Shown one piece after another: positions 49,519 through 58,214 of a DNA stretch of 64,000 nt (the first letter of the stretch is position 1; each line of letters opens with the position of its first letter). A program made the position numbers and the translations under genes. Below the pieces are notes generated by a model. That model saw nothing but the letters and a program-made list of their open reading frames with translations, was not told the DNA's origin and searched no databases. The stretch is from Candidatus Latescibacterota bacterium (lineage in GTDB: Bacteria > Latescibacterota > UBA2968 > GCA-2709665). The stretch is taken from the NCBI GenBank assembly GCA_965219995.1, contig CBDCOX010000002.1, forward strand, positions 3,936,001 through 4,000,000, written 5' to 3'.

Positions 49519-52257
49519 ATGCGGCGATATTTCTGTCTTGTCCTCTTCTTTGCCTTCTGGATGGAAAGCTCCGCCACTGCCCTTCCGGACGATCCGTCGA
49601 AGAGCGAAGTGATTCGGGAGGACGTGCTTTTTTCGGCATCCGGCGAAGCGCTTGGACAGGTTGCTTCCGGGAGGTTCGATCTCCTTCGGCGTGAGGATGG
49701 AACGGTAGTCCGTACGCTCGGGTCGGATTTCGCATTGAGGCTGGACCCGGACCTGATGCCGGGCATCTACCGGCTGAGCGTCCGCTGTCTGGCCCCGTCG
49801 ACGTCAACCGATTCGTTCTGGCTGGAGATAAACGGTGAGCGGCAGCCGCAAGCGATCGTGTTGCCCAAGGGCGCTTACGGAGAGGTGCACAGGGGCTTTC
49901 GACTGGACGTGCCGGGACGAACGGACATACGCCTCGTGCTGCGGGAACGGCCCGGCGTGAGTGTGGCGCGCCTGAAGCTGACGCATCTCACGGTGCAGTA
50001 CGATGCCGCGTTGGTCATCCGTCCCGATTTGGCGGGGGCGCGCCCGCGACTCTTCCTGACGCGGTGGGACGTCCAGCGGTTGCGCGACGCACAGCGCAGC
50101 GCGGCCGGCCAGCGGCTCTACCGCCGGCAGGGTATGATGAGAGGTACGCCGCCTCCCCGAACGGGGCCGCCAAAGCGCGCGGGGTGGGCATGGCGCATGG
50201 AGAATCAGGCGATCCCGTGTCTGCTCGCCAACTCCTCCGATGCGAACGAGCGTTTCGAGGCCATTCGGCGTCACATTCTCACGATCTGTACGTACGACAA
50301 ATGGCTTCCGGACGGCTGGTCGCACAGCACGCCGGACCTGGACCTGGACGCGGCCTATATGATCCATGGGACCGCGATCGCCTACGACTGGCTCTACAAC
50401 TGGTTCACGGAGGAGGAACGGCGGATCATCCGCGAAAAACTGACGTACCAGGCGCGGCTCATGTTCGAGGCGTCCTTTCTGGAGCGGATGTATTGGGCGC
50501 GTACGGTGCAACAGAACCATTACTGGTTCGACAACTACGCCATCGGCGTGGCCGGCGCCGCGCTTTACGGAGAGGTCCCGGAGGCCGAGGTGTGGATGGC
50601 CTGGAGCTGGGACCGACTGCAAGGTACGCTGAAGACCTTCGGAGAAGACGGGGGGTTCCACGAAGGCCCTGCCTACTGGAACTTCTCCATGGGGTCTCTC
50701 TTTCGATGGATCGATCTCTATGAGCACACAACGGGACAGACCATTGCATACTCCGACACGTGGCTGAGGAAGACCGGCTATTTCCCGATCCACTACGTCT
50801 ACCCCGACCTGCGTTCCGGCGCGGCGATTGAAGATACGTTTCGGCCCGGCGTCGTCCCCTCGCTGGAGACGCTGCTGTGGTTGGCCGCGAGGAACCGTGA
50901 CCCGCGATTGTTCAGGGTTGCCGAACTGATTCACGCGGGGAAGCACAGCACGCACTGGTGGACGCTGAAAGCGCTGGCCGCGGACATTGGCGCGGCGGCG
51001 GGTACGCTGGACGAACTGATGCCGGCGCTTGCCTACTACCCTGACGTGGAGATGTACTTTGCACGGACGTCGTGGCGGACGGATGCCACGATGTTCGCGC
51101 TCGAGGCGAGGCCCCTGGGAGGGCATACGCTGGCTCGACTGAACGAGGCGTATCCGTGGATACGCGGCGTGGGACACAACCATCCCGCACAGAACAGCTT
51201 CGTGCTGTACGGCAGCGGGAAGGAACTGCTGATCGATCCGGGCTATACGCTGAAGAAGGAAACGGCGAACCACAACACGGTGCTGGTGGACGGGCGGGGG
51301 CAGTACGGCGACGGCGAGCGGTGGCCGCGCTGGTATCCGGGATGGTCCCATATCGGGTACGCCTCCACGAAGTTTCCCTATGTGCGTGGGGAGGCCGCAT
51401 CGGCGTACCCACCCGAGTTGGGTCTGAAGCGTTTCACGCGACAGATGCTGATGCCGGACGGCAAGCGTATTTTGATTGCAGACCATCTGGAGGCCGATCG
51501 ACCCCGGCGTTTCACATGGCTGCTGCATTTCGACGAAGACGCGGAGGTGGTGCAGGCAGGCGAGGGGCGGTTCGCGGCGTCTTACGAAGGCGCCTCGCTG
51601 CAGATCGATATGCTGACTCCTGGCGGAATGGCATCGCAAATCGACCGCTACGAGCCAACCTGGAACAATATTGCACGGCCCGACTATCACCCAAGGGTCG
51701 GACGGCTCCAGCTGACGACGGCTGCTCTTGACGCCACGCCCGTTGTGGCCGTCCTGGACCTGAATCCCGGAGGCGCGCGTCCCGTACTCGAAATCGGGCC
51801 CCGCGTCCTGCTGGTCACGTTTCCCGACAGCACCCGCGTGGGATTCAATCGAACGGCCGAAGTGGTCGCGGTGGATGGACTCGAAACGGACGGGCGCGCA
51901 GTAGTCATTACTCCTGAGGGAAACGGGGGACGCAGGGCCAGGGTGCTGGACGTGCTCCGGTACCGCGATGGCTCAGGTCTCTTAAACGACATTCCGGAGC
52001 GCGAGGGCGAATTCGTCCTGGCGAACGGCGTTTGGCTGCCAACCTTCCCGGTGGCTCCCGTAGTGGTCACGGCGGACTTCGACGGGAACGGTAGGGTGGG
52101 CTTCAGCGATTTCCTTGCGTTCGCACAGGCGTTCGGGTCCCGTGACGGAAGAACGGGCTGGGACGCCAGGTTCGACCTGAACGGCGACGGCGAGGTGGGA
52201 TTCGGAGATTTTCTCTTGTTCGCAATTCAATTCGGCAGGCGTGATTCCGGGAATTGA
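49519..52257 (+). CDS. Secreted DUF4962/heparinase II/III-like lyase with C-terminal EF-hand/dockerin-like module
   Basis: Signal peptide; RPRLF, QQNHYW, DGGFHEGPAYW, RTSW, GHNHPAQNSF, HNTVLVDG; C-terminal DFDGNGRVGFSDF...DLNGDGEVGFGDF. Confidence 0.82.
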   Translation: MRRYFCLVLFFAFWMESSATALPDDPSKSEVIREDVLFSASGEALGQVASGRFDLLRREDGTVVRTLGSDFALRLDPDLMPGIYRLSVRCLAPSTSTDSFWLEINGERQPQAIVLPKGAYGEVHRGFRLDVPGRTDIRLVLRERPGVSVARLKLTHLTVQYDAALVIRPDLAGARPRLFLTRWDVQRLRDAQRSAAGQRLYRRQGMMRGTPPPRTGPPKRAGWAWRMENQAIPCLLANSSDANERFEAIRRHILTICTYDKWLPDGWSHSTPDLDLDAAYMIHGTAIAYDWLYNWFTEEERRIIREKLTYQARLMFEASFLERMYWARTVQQNHYWFDNYAIGVAGAALYGEVPEAEVWMAWSWDRLQGTLKTFGEDGGFHEGPAYWNFSMGSLFRWIDLYEHTTGQTIAYSDTWLRKTGYFPIHYVYPDLRSGAAIEDTFRPGVVPSLETLLWLAARNRDPRLFRVAELIHAGKHSTHWWTLKALAADIGAAAGTLDELMPALAYYPDVEMYFARTSWRTDATMFALEARPLGGHTLARLNEAYPWIRGVGHNHPAQNSFVLYGSGKELLIDPGYTLKKETANHNTVLVDGRGQYGDGERWPRWYPGWSHIGYASTKFPYVRGEAASAYPPELGLKRFTRQMLMPDGKRILIADHLEADRPRRFTWLLHFDEDAEVVQAGEGRFAASYEGASLQIDMLTPGGMASQIDRYEPTWNNIARPDYHPRVGRLQLTTAALDATPVVAVLDLNPGGARPVLEIGPRVLLVTFPDSTRVGFNRTAEVVAVDGLETDGRAVVITPEGNGGRRARVLDVLRYRDGSGLLNDIPEREGEFVLANGVWLPTFPVAPVVVTADFDGNGRVGFSDFLAFAQAFGSRDGRTGWDARFDLNGDGEVGFGDFLLFAIQFGRRDSGN

Positions 52258-52365
52258 CCGTGGAACCTGAAGTCCCGCGGTCTCTGCGAACCCGCGCTCG
52301 AATTCCGCCATTATTTCTGGAGGATGTGCTCCACGTTCTCTATAGTCTCCTGGAGGTGAAAACAC

Positions 52366-53400
52366 TTGACTGAACTCGTAATTTACGTCTGTGCCGTTAT
52401 CGTGGTCTCCGCGATGTGCTCTCTCTTCGAGGCCGTTCTCTACGCCGTTCCGGTCAGTTACGTCGAGAGTCTCGCGCAGAAGGGCGCGACATCCGGGCGG
52501 ATCCTGAAAGGCCTGCGCATGCGTAACGTCGATCGTCCGATCTCGGCCATCCTTTCGCTGAATACAATAGCGAATACCGGCGGCGCCTTTCTGGCCGGTG
52601 CGGCGTTCATCATGGTCTTCGGCGTGGAATGGGAGCTTTATTTTACTATTTTCATCACGTTATCGGTTCTGTTATTATCTGAAGTCATCCCAAAGACGGT
52701 GGGCGTGGTTTACAACCGGTCTCTGGCCGGTCTGGTTGCGATCCCGCTTCAATTTCTGGTCTGGGTTCTGTATCCCCTGGTGGTGATCTGCAGGCTGGTC
52801 ACCCGTGCGTTTTCAAGGGGCCGTACGGGCCAGGAAGTCTCGGAAGAAGAGATCGCAGTCATGGCGCGCATGGGCAGGCAGGCCGGCGCGATACAGCCCG
52901 TTGAAGCCCGTGTGATGCAGAATATCCTCACCCTCAAACGCAAGTCGGTGAGGGACGTGATGACCCCGCGTACGGTCGTATTCGCGTTGAGCGCGGATCT
53001 GACCGTGGAGCAGGCGCAGAAGGAAGCGGGTGTTTGGCCGTACAGCCGGGTTCCCGTCTATGAGAATGAATTTGAGGACGTGATCGGCGTTGTGATGCGC
53101 CGTGATGCGCTGAATGCTCTGGCAGAGGGCCAGGGCAAGCGGCCGATCTCGGAACTGATGCGTCCTGTCCACTTCGTCGCCGAGACGGTCTCGCTGGACC
53201 GCGTCCTGGAGATGTTCCTGGAACGGCGGCAGCACCTCTTTGCGGTCATCGACGAATATGGCGGGCTGGCCGGGATCCTGACGCTGGAAGACGTGCTGGA
53301 AGAAATCCTGGGCAGGGAGATCGTGGACGAGTCCGATACGGTTACGGATATGCGGGAACTGGCGCGCCGCCGCCGCCGGCAGGTCTCGGAAGGGGAGTAG
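52366..53400 (+). CDS. CNNM (DUF21) + CBS-pair protein (hemolysin/CorC-like Mg2+ transporter family)
   Basis: SAMCSLFEA, AILSLNTIANT, SEVIPK, VMTPR, YSRVPVY, IDEYGG, TLEDVLEEILGREIVDE. Confidence 0.92.
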   Translation: MTELVIYVCAVIVVSAMCSLFEAVLYAVPVSYVESLAQKGATSGRILKGLRMRNVDRPISAILSLNTIANTGGAFLAGAAFIMVFGVEWELYFTIFITLSVLLLSEVIPKTVGVVYNRSLAGLVAIPLQFLVWVLYPLVVICRLVTRAFSRGRTGQEVSEEEIAVMARMGRQAGAIQPVEARVMQNILTLKRKSVRDVMTPRTVVFALSADLTVEQAQKEAGVWPYSRVPVYENEFEDVIGVVMRRDALNALAEGQGKRPISELMRPVHFVAETVSLDRVLEMFLERRQHLFAVIDEYGGLAGILTLEDVLEEILGREIVDESDTVTDMRELARRRRRQVSEGE

Positions 53401-53417
53401 GAGCAATTTCCCGGGAG

Positions 53418-53436
53418 CGAGGGCATCCTGCCCTCG
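53418..53436. repeat. REP-like palindrome CGAGGGCA-tcc-TGCCCTCG after the CNNM stop
   Basis: 8-bp perfect stem; a second imperfect palindrome lies at ~53458-53483. Confidence 0.5.
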
Positions 53437-53506
53437 ATTCTCAAGTATCTCCGTCATGGGATGCGCAGAACGCACTGCACCCCACGCAGGGCCATTCACG
53501 TTGCAT

Positions 53507-53634
53507 GGCGTTTAGCCGAAAGACAAGAAAATTACTACAGGATTGCGGCAATACGGCACACGCCGTTTCGCACCGATACCTTTTGTGCTCTTTGTGCTTT
53601 TTGTGGTCAATTTGACGGTTTTCTATTTTCGAAT
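53507..53634. repeat. Dispersed element family B, copy 2
   Basis: Aligns with 14112-14257 (TAGCCGAA...TACGGCACACGCCG.TTCGCA.CGATA...TTTGTGG.CAATTTGACGGTT). Confidence 0.85.
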
Positions 53635-53658
53635 CTACGCAAATCCCTGAGGAGTTGA

Positions 53659-54930
53659 GTGGCGGCATTGCAGACAGCGTTATTCGACCGGCCAGACACG
53701 ACAACGGGACCGCTATCTTACAACGAATTCCTGGATCACATTGAGAGTTTCGACGAATTTAACAAGCAAACCCAGGTCCTGGAATTCCCGGATGCGGATT
53801 TCGACATATCCGTCTACGTCAATGAGTTCTGGACGTCGAGACAAAGAGCGGCCAATTCGCTTCACGAGGTTTCGTACCGCGCCTGTTTCAAGCCCCAGTT
53901 GCCCCGGTTTTTCATCGAGCGGCTGACCGCTCCCGGTAACGCGGTCTACGATCCCTTCCTGGGCCGCGGAACCACCGTCGTCGAGGCAGCGTTGCTGGGG
54001 CGCACGCCCGTTGGGACGGACATAAATCCTCTCAGCGAAATCCTCGTGAAGCCGCGACTCGAGCCGCCCCCGCTTGCTGCAATTCTCGAACGCCTGAGCG
54101 AACTGTCTCTCGAAGGCGAGTGCGACACGTGGGACGACTTGCTGGCGTTCTATCATCCGGAAACCCTGCGGCAGATAACGAATCTGCGGAAATATCTGCT
54201 CGGAAATGCGAAAGAAGGAAGCCTGGATGCCATCGACCGGTGGATCAGGATGGTGGCGACCAACCGATTGACGGGTCATTCTCCCGGTTTCTTTTCGGTT
54301 TACACGCTGCCCCCGAACCAGGCCGTTACCGTCGAGCGACAGCGGGGGATCAACCTGAGTAGAAAGCAGACGCCTCCCGAACGGGACGTTCGGGTATCGA
54401 TTTTGAAGAAATCCAGGTCGCTCCTCGGCAAACTGGAGGGATATGACGCCAGACGGCTGAGAGAGACTTCGGGAAAGGCATTGCTCACGACCGGATCGTC
54501 GCACGACACGCCGGAAATAGCGAGCGATTCGATCAGCCTCGTCGTGACTTCTCCGCCGTTTCTGGACGTGGTGGATTACCAGACGGACAACTGGCTGCGA
54601 TGCTGGTTCAACGGCATCGACGCACAGTCCGTCCGGGCATGGCACTTCAGGAGGCCGCGGGAGTGGCAGGCGGGCATGACGCGGGTGTTCGCCGAACTCA
54701 TGAGGGTCCTCAAGCCGGGAGGATATGTCGCTTTCGAAGTCGGGGAAGTCCGCGGCGGGAAGATCCTCCTGGAATCTCTCGTCGTGCCCGCGGCGGCGGA
54801 AGCGGGTCTGGAACCGCTGTTGGTCCTGGTAAACGACCAGGTCTTCACCAAGACCTCCAACTGCTGGGGCGTGGAGAACCTCAGGAAAGGGACCAATACC
54901 AACAGGATCGTACTCTTGAGGAAGACATGA
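53659..54930 (+). CDS. Orphan amino (N4-C/N6-A) DNA methyltransferase
   Basis: SAM-binding YDPFLGRGTT, catalytic VTSPPF, RVLKPGG, FKPQLPRFFI; no adjacent restriction endonuclease. Confidence 0.85.
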   Translation: MAALQTALFDRPDTTTGPLSYNEFLDHIESFDEFNKQTQVLEFPDADFDISVYVNEFWTSRQRAANSLHEVSYRACFKPQLPRFFIERLTAPGNAVYDPFLGRGTTVVEAALLGRTPVGTDINPLSEILVKPRLEPPPLAAILERLSELSLEGECDTWDDLLAFYHPETLRQITNLRKYLLGNAKEGSLDAIDRWIRMVATNRLTGHSPGFFSVYTLPPNQAVTVERQRGINLSRKQTPPERDVRVSILKKSRSLLGKLEGYDARRLRETSGKALLTTGSSHDTPEIASDSISLVVTSPPFLDVVDYQTDNWLRCWFNGIDAQSVRAWHFRRPREWQAGMTRVFAELMRVLKPGGYVAFEVGEVRGGKILLESLVVPAAAEAGLEPLLVLVNDQVFTKTSNCWGVENLRKGTNTNRIVLLRKT

Positions 54931-54951
54931 GAAGAAAAACCTGACAGCGGG

Positions 54952-55080
54952 GAGACGTTAGACGTAAGACGGGAGATGATGTGAGTGCCCGTTCGGTATG
55001 ATCTCTTGCCGGAGGCACAAAGGAAGAACCAATCGGGCAAGGATTTCTTCTACCGTCTGACGTCTCACGTCTCACCGTCT
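54952..55080. repeat. Dispersed hairpin element family A, copy 2
   Basis: Aligns without gaps to 6403-6528; AGACG heptamer left arm, CGTCT right arm. Confidence 0.85.
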
Positions 55081-55112
55081 TTTACCCACCGCCGGGAGGA
55101 GGATTGTGTCGG

Positions 55113-57077
55113 ATGAGTTTTATGAGAGATAATTTCGTGTCAATTGCCACGTTCGCGCTGGTTGCAGTAGCGGGTTTCGCTGCGTCGTGTTCGGACGCGG
55201 TTGCCGACGGGACGACAATACAAGGGTTCTCCGCGAATTCCAACGACAATGCAACCGCGTATTTCCCGGACTTCGACGGTGACGGGTCCGTTGGGTTCAG
55301 CGATTTTGTACAGTTTGCCGAGAGGTTCGGGGCCGGTCAGGGTGACGAGGGATATGCAGCGTGGTTCGATCTGAACGGCGATGGGGAAATCGGGTTTTCG
55401 GACTTTGTGGCCTTTGCACAGAACTATGGAAAGGACGATTCTTCCTCTGGACTGAAACCCTGGGACCTTTCCCGGATTGTGCCGATCGACTCGGTCCGGA
55501 CGGTGCCAACGGGCAGGCGTGTTTTCATGCGGACCGAATTCGACAACGGCGAACTCGTGGACCTGGAAATGAAATTCATCCAGGTGGTGGACGATTTCCT
55601 GCCGCCCATGCCGGTCTACATGGTAGAGGCCTCCGATTCCTTGCTTGTCAGCCTGGGAGGCATATCCAAGGGCATGAGCGGCTCTCCCATCTTTACGGTG
55701 CAGGGCGTCTGGGGCGCGATCGCCTACGGCTTTAACGCCCAGGACAGCCCGCCGTACTACTTTTTTGCCACGCCCATCGAATGGGTCATCGGAGAACGCG
55801 GAACGGTACCGTTAGCCAAACGCGCGGCCGCGTGGGGGGGAAGCCAGATCGTACCCCTGGAAATCCCGCTCTTGAGTACCGGTCTCAATCCGGCGCATCT
55901 GCCAGCGGAAGGGAGTCCGTCTTTTTTGAGCGACGCAGTCTCCGCAGGCCTGACCACGCGACGTCAGACCAGCTTTGCGCCCGGCAGGCCGCTTGCGGTC
56001 GGTTTGCTGCTGGGCGAATTGACACTCGGCGCCTTTGGGACCATCTCCTTCGTGGATGGCGACCGGGTCTATGGTTTCGGACATCCCATGGATGACGCCG
56101 GTCCGGTAGCGTTGCCGATCATCGAGGCCGTCGTGCTGGGGGAAATCTCGCAATTGTCTGCGCCGTTCAAGTTCGTGACGCTGAACCCGACTGTGCGCGG
56201 CACGCTCACCGAAGACCGCCTGCCCGGGGTCCGGGGCGTGCTTGGCGAGGGGCCGGACCTGGTATCGATCAGAAGCACGTATGCGTTTCCATCGGGAGGC
56301 GTCGTGGAGCTATTGCATCAGATGCCGGCCGCCGGTATGAGCTCGCGGATGTCGGCCGATATTGCCGCCGGTGCGATGTTCAGGCCGCTGATGAACCGCG
56401 TCGAACTGGACCCGGACCACAGCATTCGCGTTGCCGCGAATATTTCCTTTGACGGTACGGATTCCACGCTCGTGCGTACCCGACTCTACGCCTCACCGGA
56501 AGGTCGGCTCCGTTCGCTGATTCGTGAGGCCCTTGCCGACCTTTCGTCTGCGCTTTCCAGGTTAACGTCGAGGGACGATATCGCGTTGCACGTGGCGGAC
56601 GCCGGGGTTCATGTCGAGGTGATCGCGGAGCCCCGGTTCGCAAAGATCGTCGGAACGGCCGCGGACACCGTCATCGCTCCCGGAGACTCGCTGGCGGTTA
56701 GCGCCGCACTGCGGGTTGGGCGGCGCATCGACCGTGAGCTCGAACTAACGCTGGCCGTGCCGGATACGTTTCCCGCGGGCGTCTACACGCTTGAGGTGGG
56801 TTCGGTCGCGACGCTCGAGGGCGCCGGCGGCCCTCCCTTCTTCGGCCGTTTTGGCGAGGAGACGCTCGACGAGGCGTTCACATCGGCCAATGCCGAGGAC
56901 AAGAACGTGTTGCTGATGGCCCGGTTGACGTTTGAGTCGCCGCTCCAGCCGACCGGACCGCCGGGCAGAGGTCCGCAGGGTCCCCGGCCGATGGTCTCCG
57001 CACAAAAGGGCGTCGATCTGGTTCTGGCGGGCTCGGCGGACGCGCTCGTCAAGGTCATCCCGTCGGCAGGGCCGTGA
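55113..57077 (+). CDS. Lipoprotein with N-terminal EF-hand/dockerin-like module and SpoIVB-like (S55) peptidase domain
   Basis: Lipobox AASC; DFDGDGSVGFSDF...DLNGDGEIGFSDF; S55 signature GMSGSPI, GAIAYG, TPIE, GTIS...FGHPM. Confidence 0.8.
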   Translation: MSFMRDNFVSIATFALVAVAGFAASCSDAVADGTTIQGFSANSNDNATAYFPDFDGDGSVGFSDFVQFAERFGAGQGDEGYAAWFDLNGDGEIGFSDFVAFAQNYGKDDSSSGLKPWDLSRIVPIDSVRTVPTGRRVFMRTEFDNGELVDLEMKFIQVVDDFLPPMPVYMVEASDSLLVSLGGISKGMSGSPIFTVQGVWGAIAYGFNAQDSPPYYFFATPIEWVIGERGTVPLAKRAAAWGGSQIVPLEIPLLSTGLNPAHLPAEGSPSFLSDAVSAGLTTRRQTSFAPGRPLAVGLLLGELTLGAFGTISFVDGDRVYGFGHPMDDAGPVALPIIEAVVLGEISQLSAPFKFVTLNPTVRGTLTEDRLPGVRGVLGEGPDLVSIRSTYAFPSGGVVELLHQMPAAGMSSRMSADIAAGAMFRPLMNRVELDPDHSIRVAANISFDGTDSTLVRTRLYASPEGRLRSLIREALADLSSALSRLTSRDDIALHVADAGVHVEVIAEPRFAKIVGTAADTVIAPGDSLAVSAALRVGRRIDRELELTLAVPDTFPAGVYTLEVGSVATLEGAGGPPFFGRFGEETLDEAFTSANAEDKNVLLMARLTFESPLQPTGPPGRGPQGPRPMVSAQKGVDLVLAGSADALVKVIPSAGP

Positions 57078-57137
57078 ACCCGGCGATAGGCCAACATGCC
57101 ATTCTGAGCGAAGCCGACGAGTTCTGTGGGTGTTGCC

Positions 57138-58160
57138 ATGTCAAATGAAGACGTCGGGATCGGAATCATCGGCGGCGGAAAGGCCGGACGGAATTTTGCC
57201 ATGGCCATCCGGTCCTGCGCGGGCGCCGAAGTGCGGATGTTCTGTACGCGGCACGAGGATTCGGCCCGGGCGGCGGCGCAATCCTGCGGGGTCGCAGGGT
57301 GGACCACGGAATACCGGTCCATGTTGCGGGACCCGGATATCCAGGCGATCATCGTGGCCACGCCCGATGAATTCCACTGTGAGCATACGGTCCTGGCCGC
57401 CCGCGCGAAAAAACACGTGCTTTGCGAGAAACCAATGTGCCGCTCCGAGGAGGAGGCGGACCGGATGATCGCGGAAACGGGTGGGAACGGCGTGATCCTG
57501 ATGGTCGGGTTCACCGAGCGGTACAGCCATCCCTGCGCCGAAGCCAGGAGACGGATCGACGCCGGCGAGATCGGCACGCCCAGGATGATGTTCGCCAGAA
57601 GGTGCCATCCACGATCGGTCCTGAGAAATCGCGCGTGGGTCAACGACGATGAAACCGGCGGGGTCCTGAACTATGCCGGCCCGCACAACATCGATCTGGT
57701 CTGCTGGCTGATGGGGGGCGCACCGGAACGGGTATACGGCGAGATGGGGCAGCTTATTCTGGAAGACCAGGATTTTACAGATTGTGCGGTGATGACGTTC
57801 AGGTTTCCCAACGGCTCTATCGCGGCGCTCTACGAGACCTTCGCGTATCCGGGGACCTATCCCCACGGCGTGGACCGGAACATCGAGATCCTGGGAGACC
57901 GCGGCGTCCTGCACGTGGATTTCATGTCGCAGCCGCTGAAGGCGTTTACGGATGAGGGACACCAGGTGGCCGATTCGATTACGTGGCCTGCGTCCGATCG
58001 CGGGATTCAGGGCGCGTTGCTGGCGGAAGTGGAGCACTTCATCCGGTGCGTACGGGAAGGAAGAACGCCGCTGACGACGGGCGAGGACGGGAAACTCGCC
58101 ATGAGGATCGCGCTTGCCGCAAGAATGGCCGCCGATACGGGAAAGGCGATTTCCATATAG
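57138..58160 (+). CDS. Gfo/Idh/MocA family oxidoreductase
   Basis: GIIGGGKAG, VATPDEFH, LCEKPM, VGFTERY, GG...HNIDL. Confidence 0.92.
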   Translation: MSNEDVGIGIIGGGKAGRNFAMAIRSCAGAEVRMFCTRHEDSARAAAQSCGVAGWTTEYRSMLRDPDIQAIIVATPDEFHCEHTVLAARAKKHVLCEKPMCRSEEEADRMIAETGGNGVILMVGFTERYSHPCAEARRRIDAGEIGTPRMMFARRCHPRSVLRNRAWVNDDETGGVLNYAGPHNIDLVCWLMGGAPERVYGEMGQLILEDQDFTDCAVMTFRFPNGSIAALYETFAYPGTYPHGVDRNIEILGDRGVLHVDFMSQPLKAFTDEGHQVADSITWPASDRGIQGALLAEVEHFIRCVREGRTPLTTGEDGKLAMRIALAARMAADTGKAISI

Positions 58161-58214
58161 TGCGTGCGCTGGTACTTCAGCGGACGGTGCAGGTATTCCA
58201 TCGGAGGGAAATCC

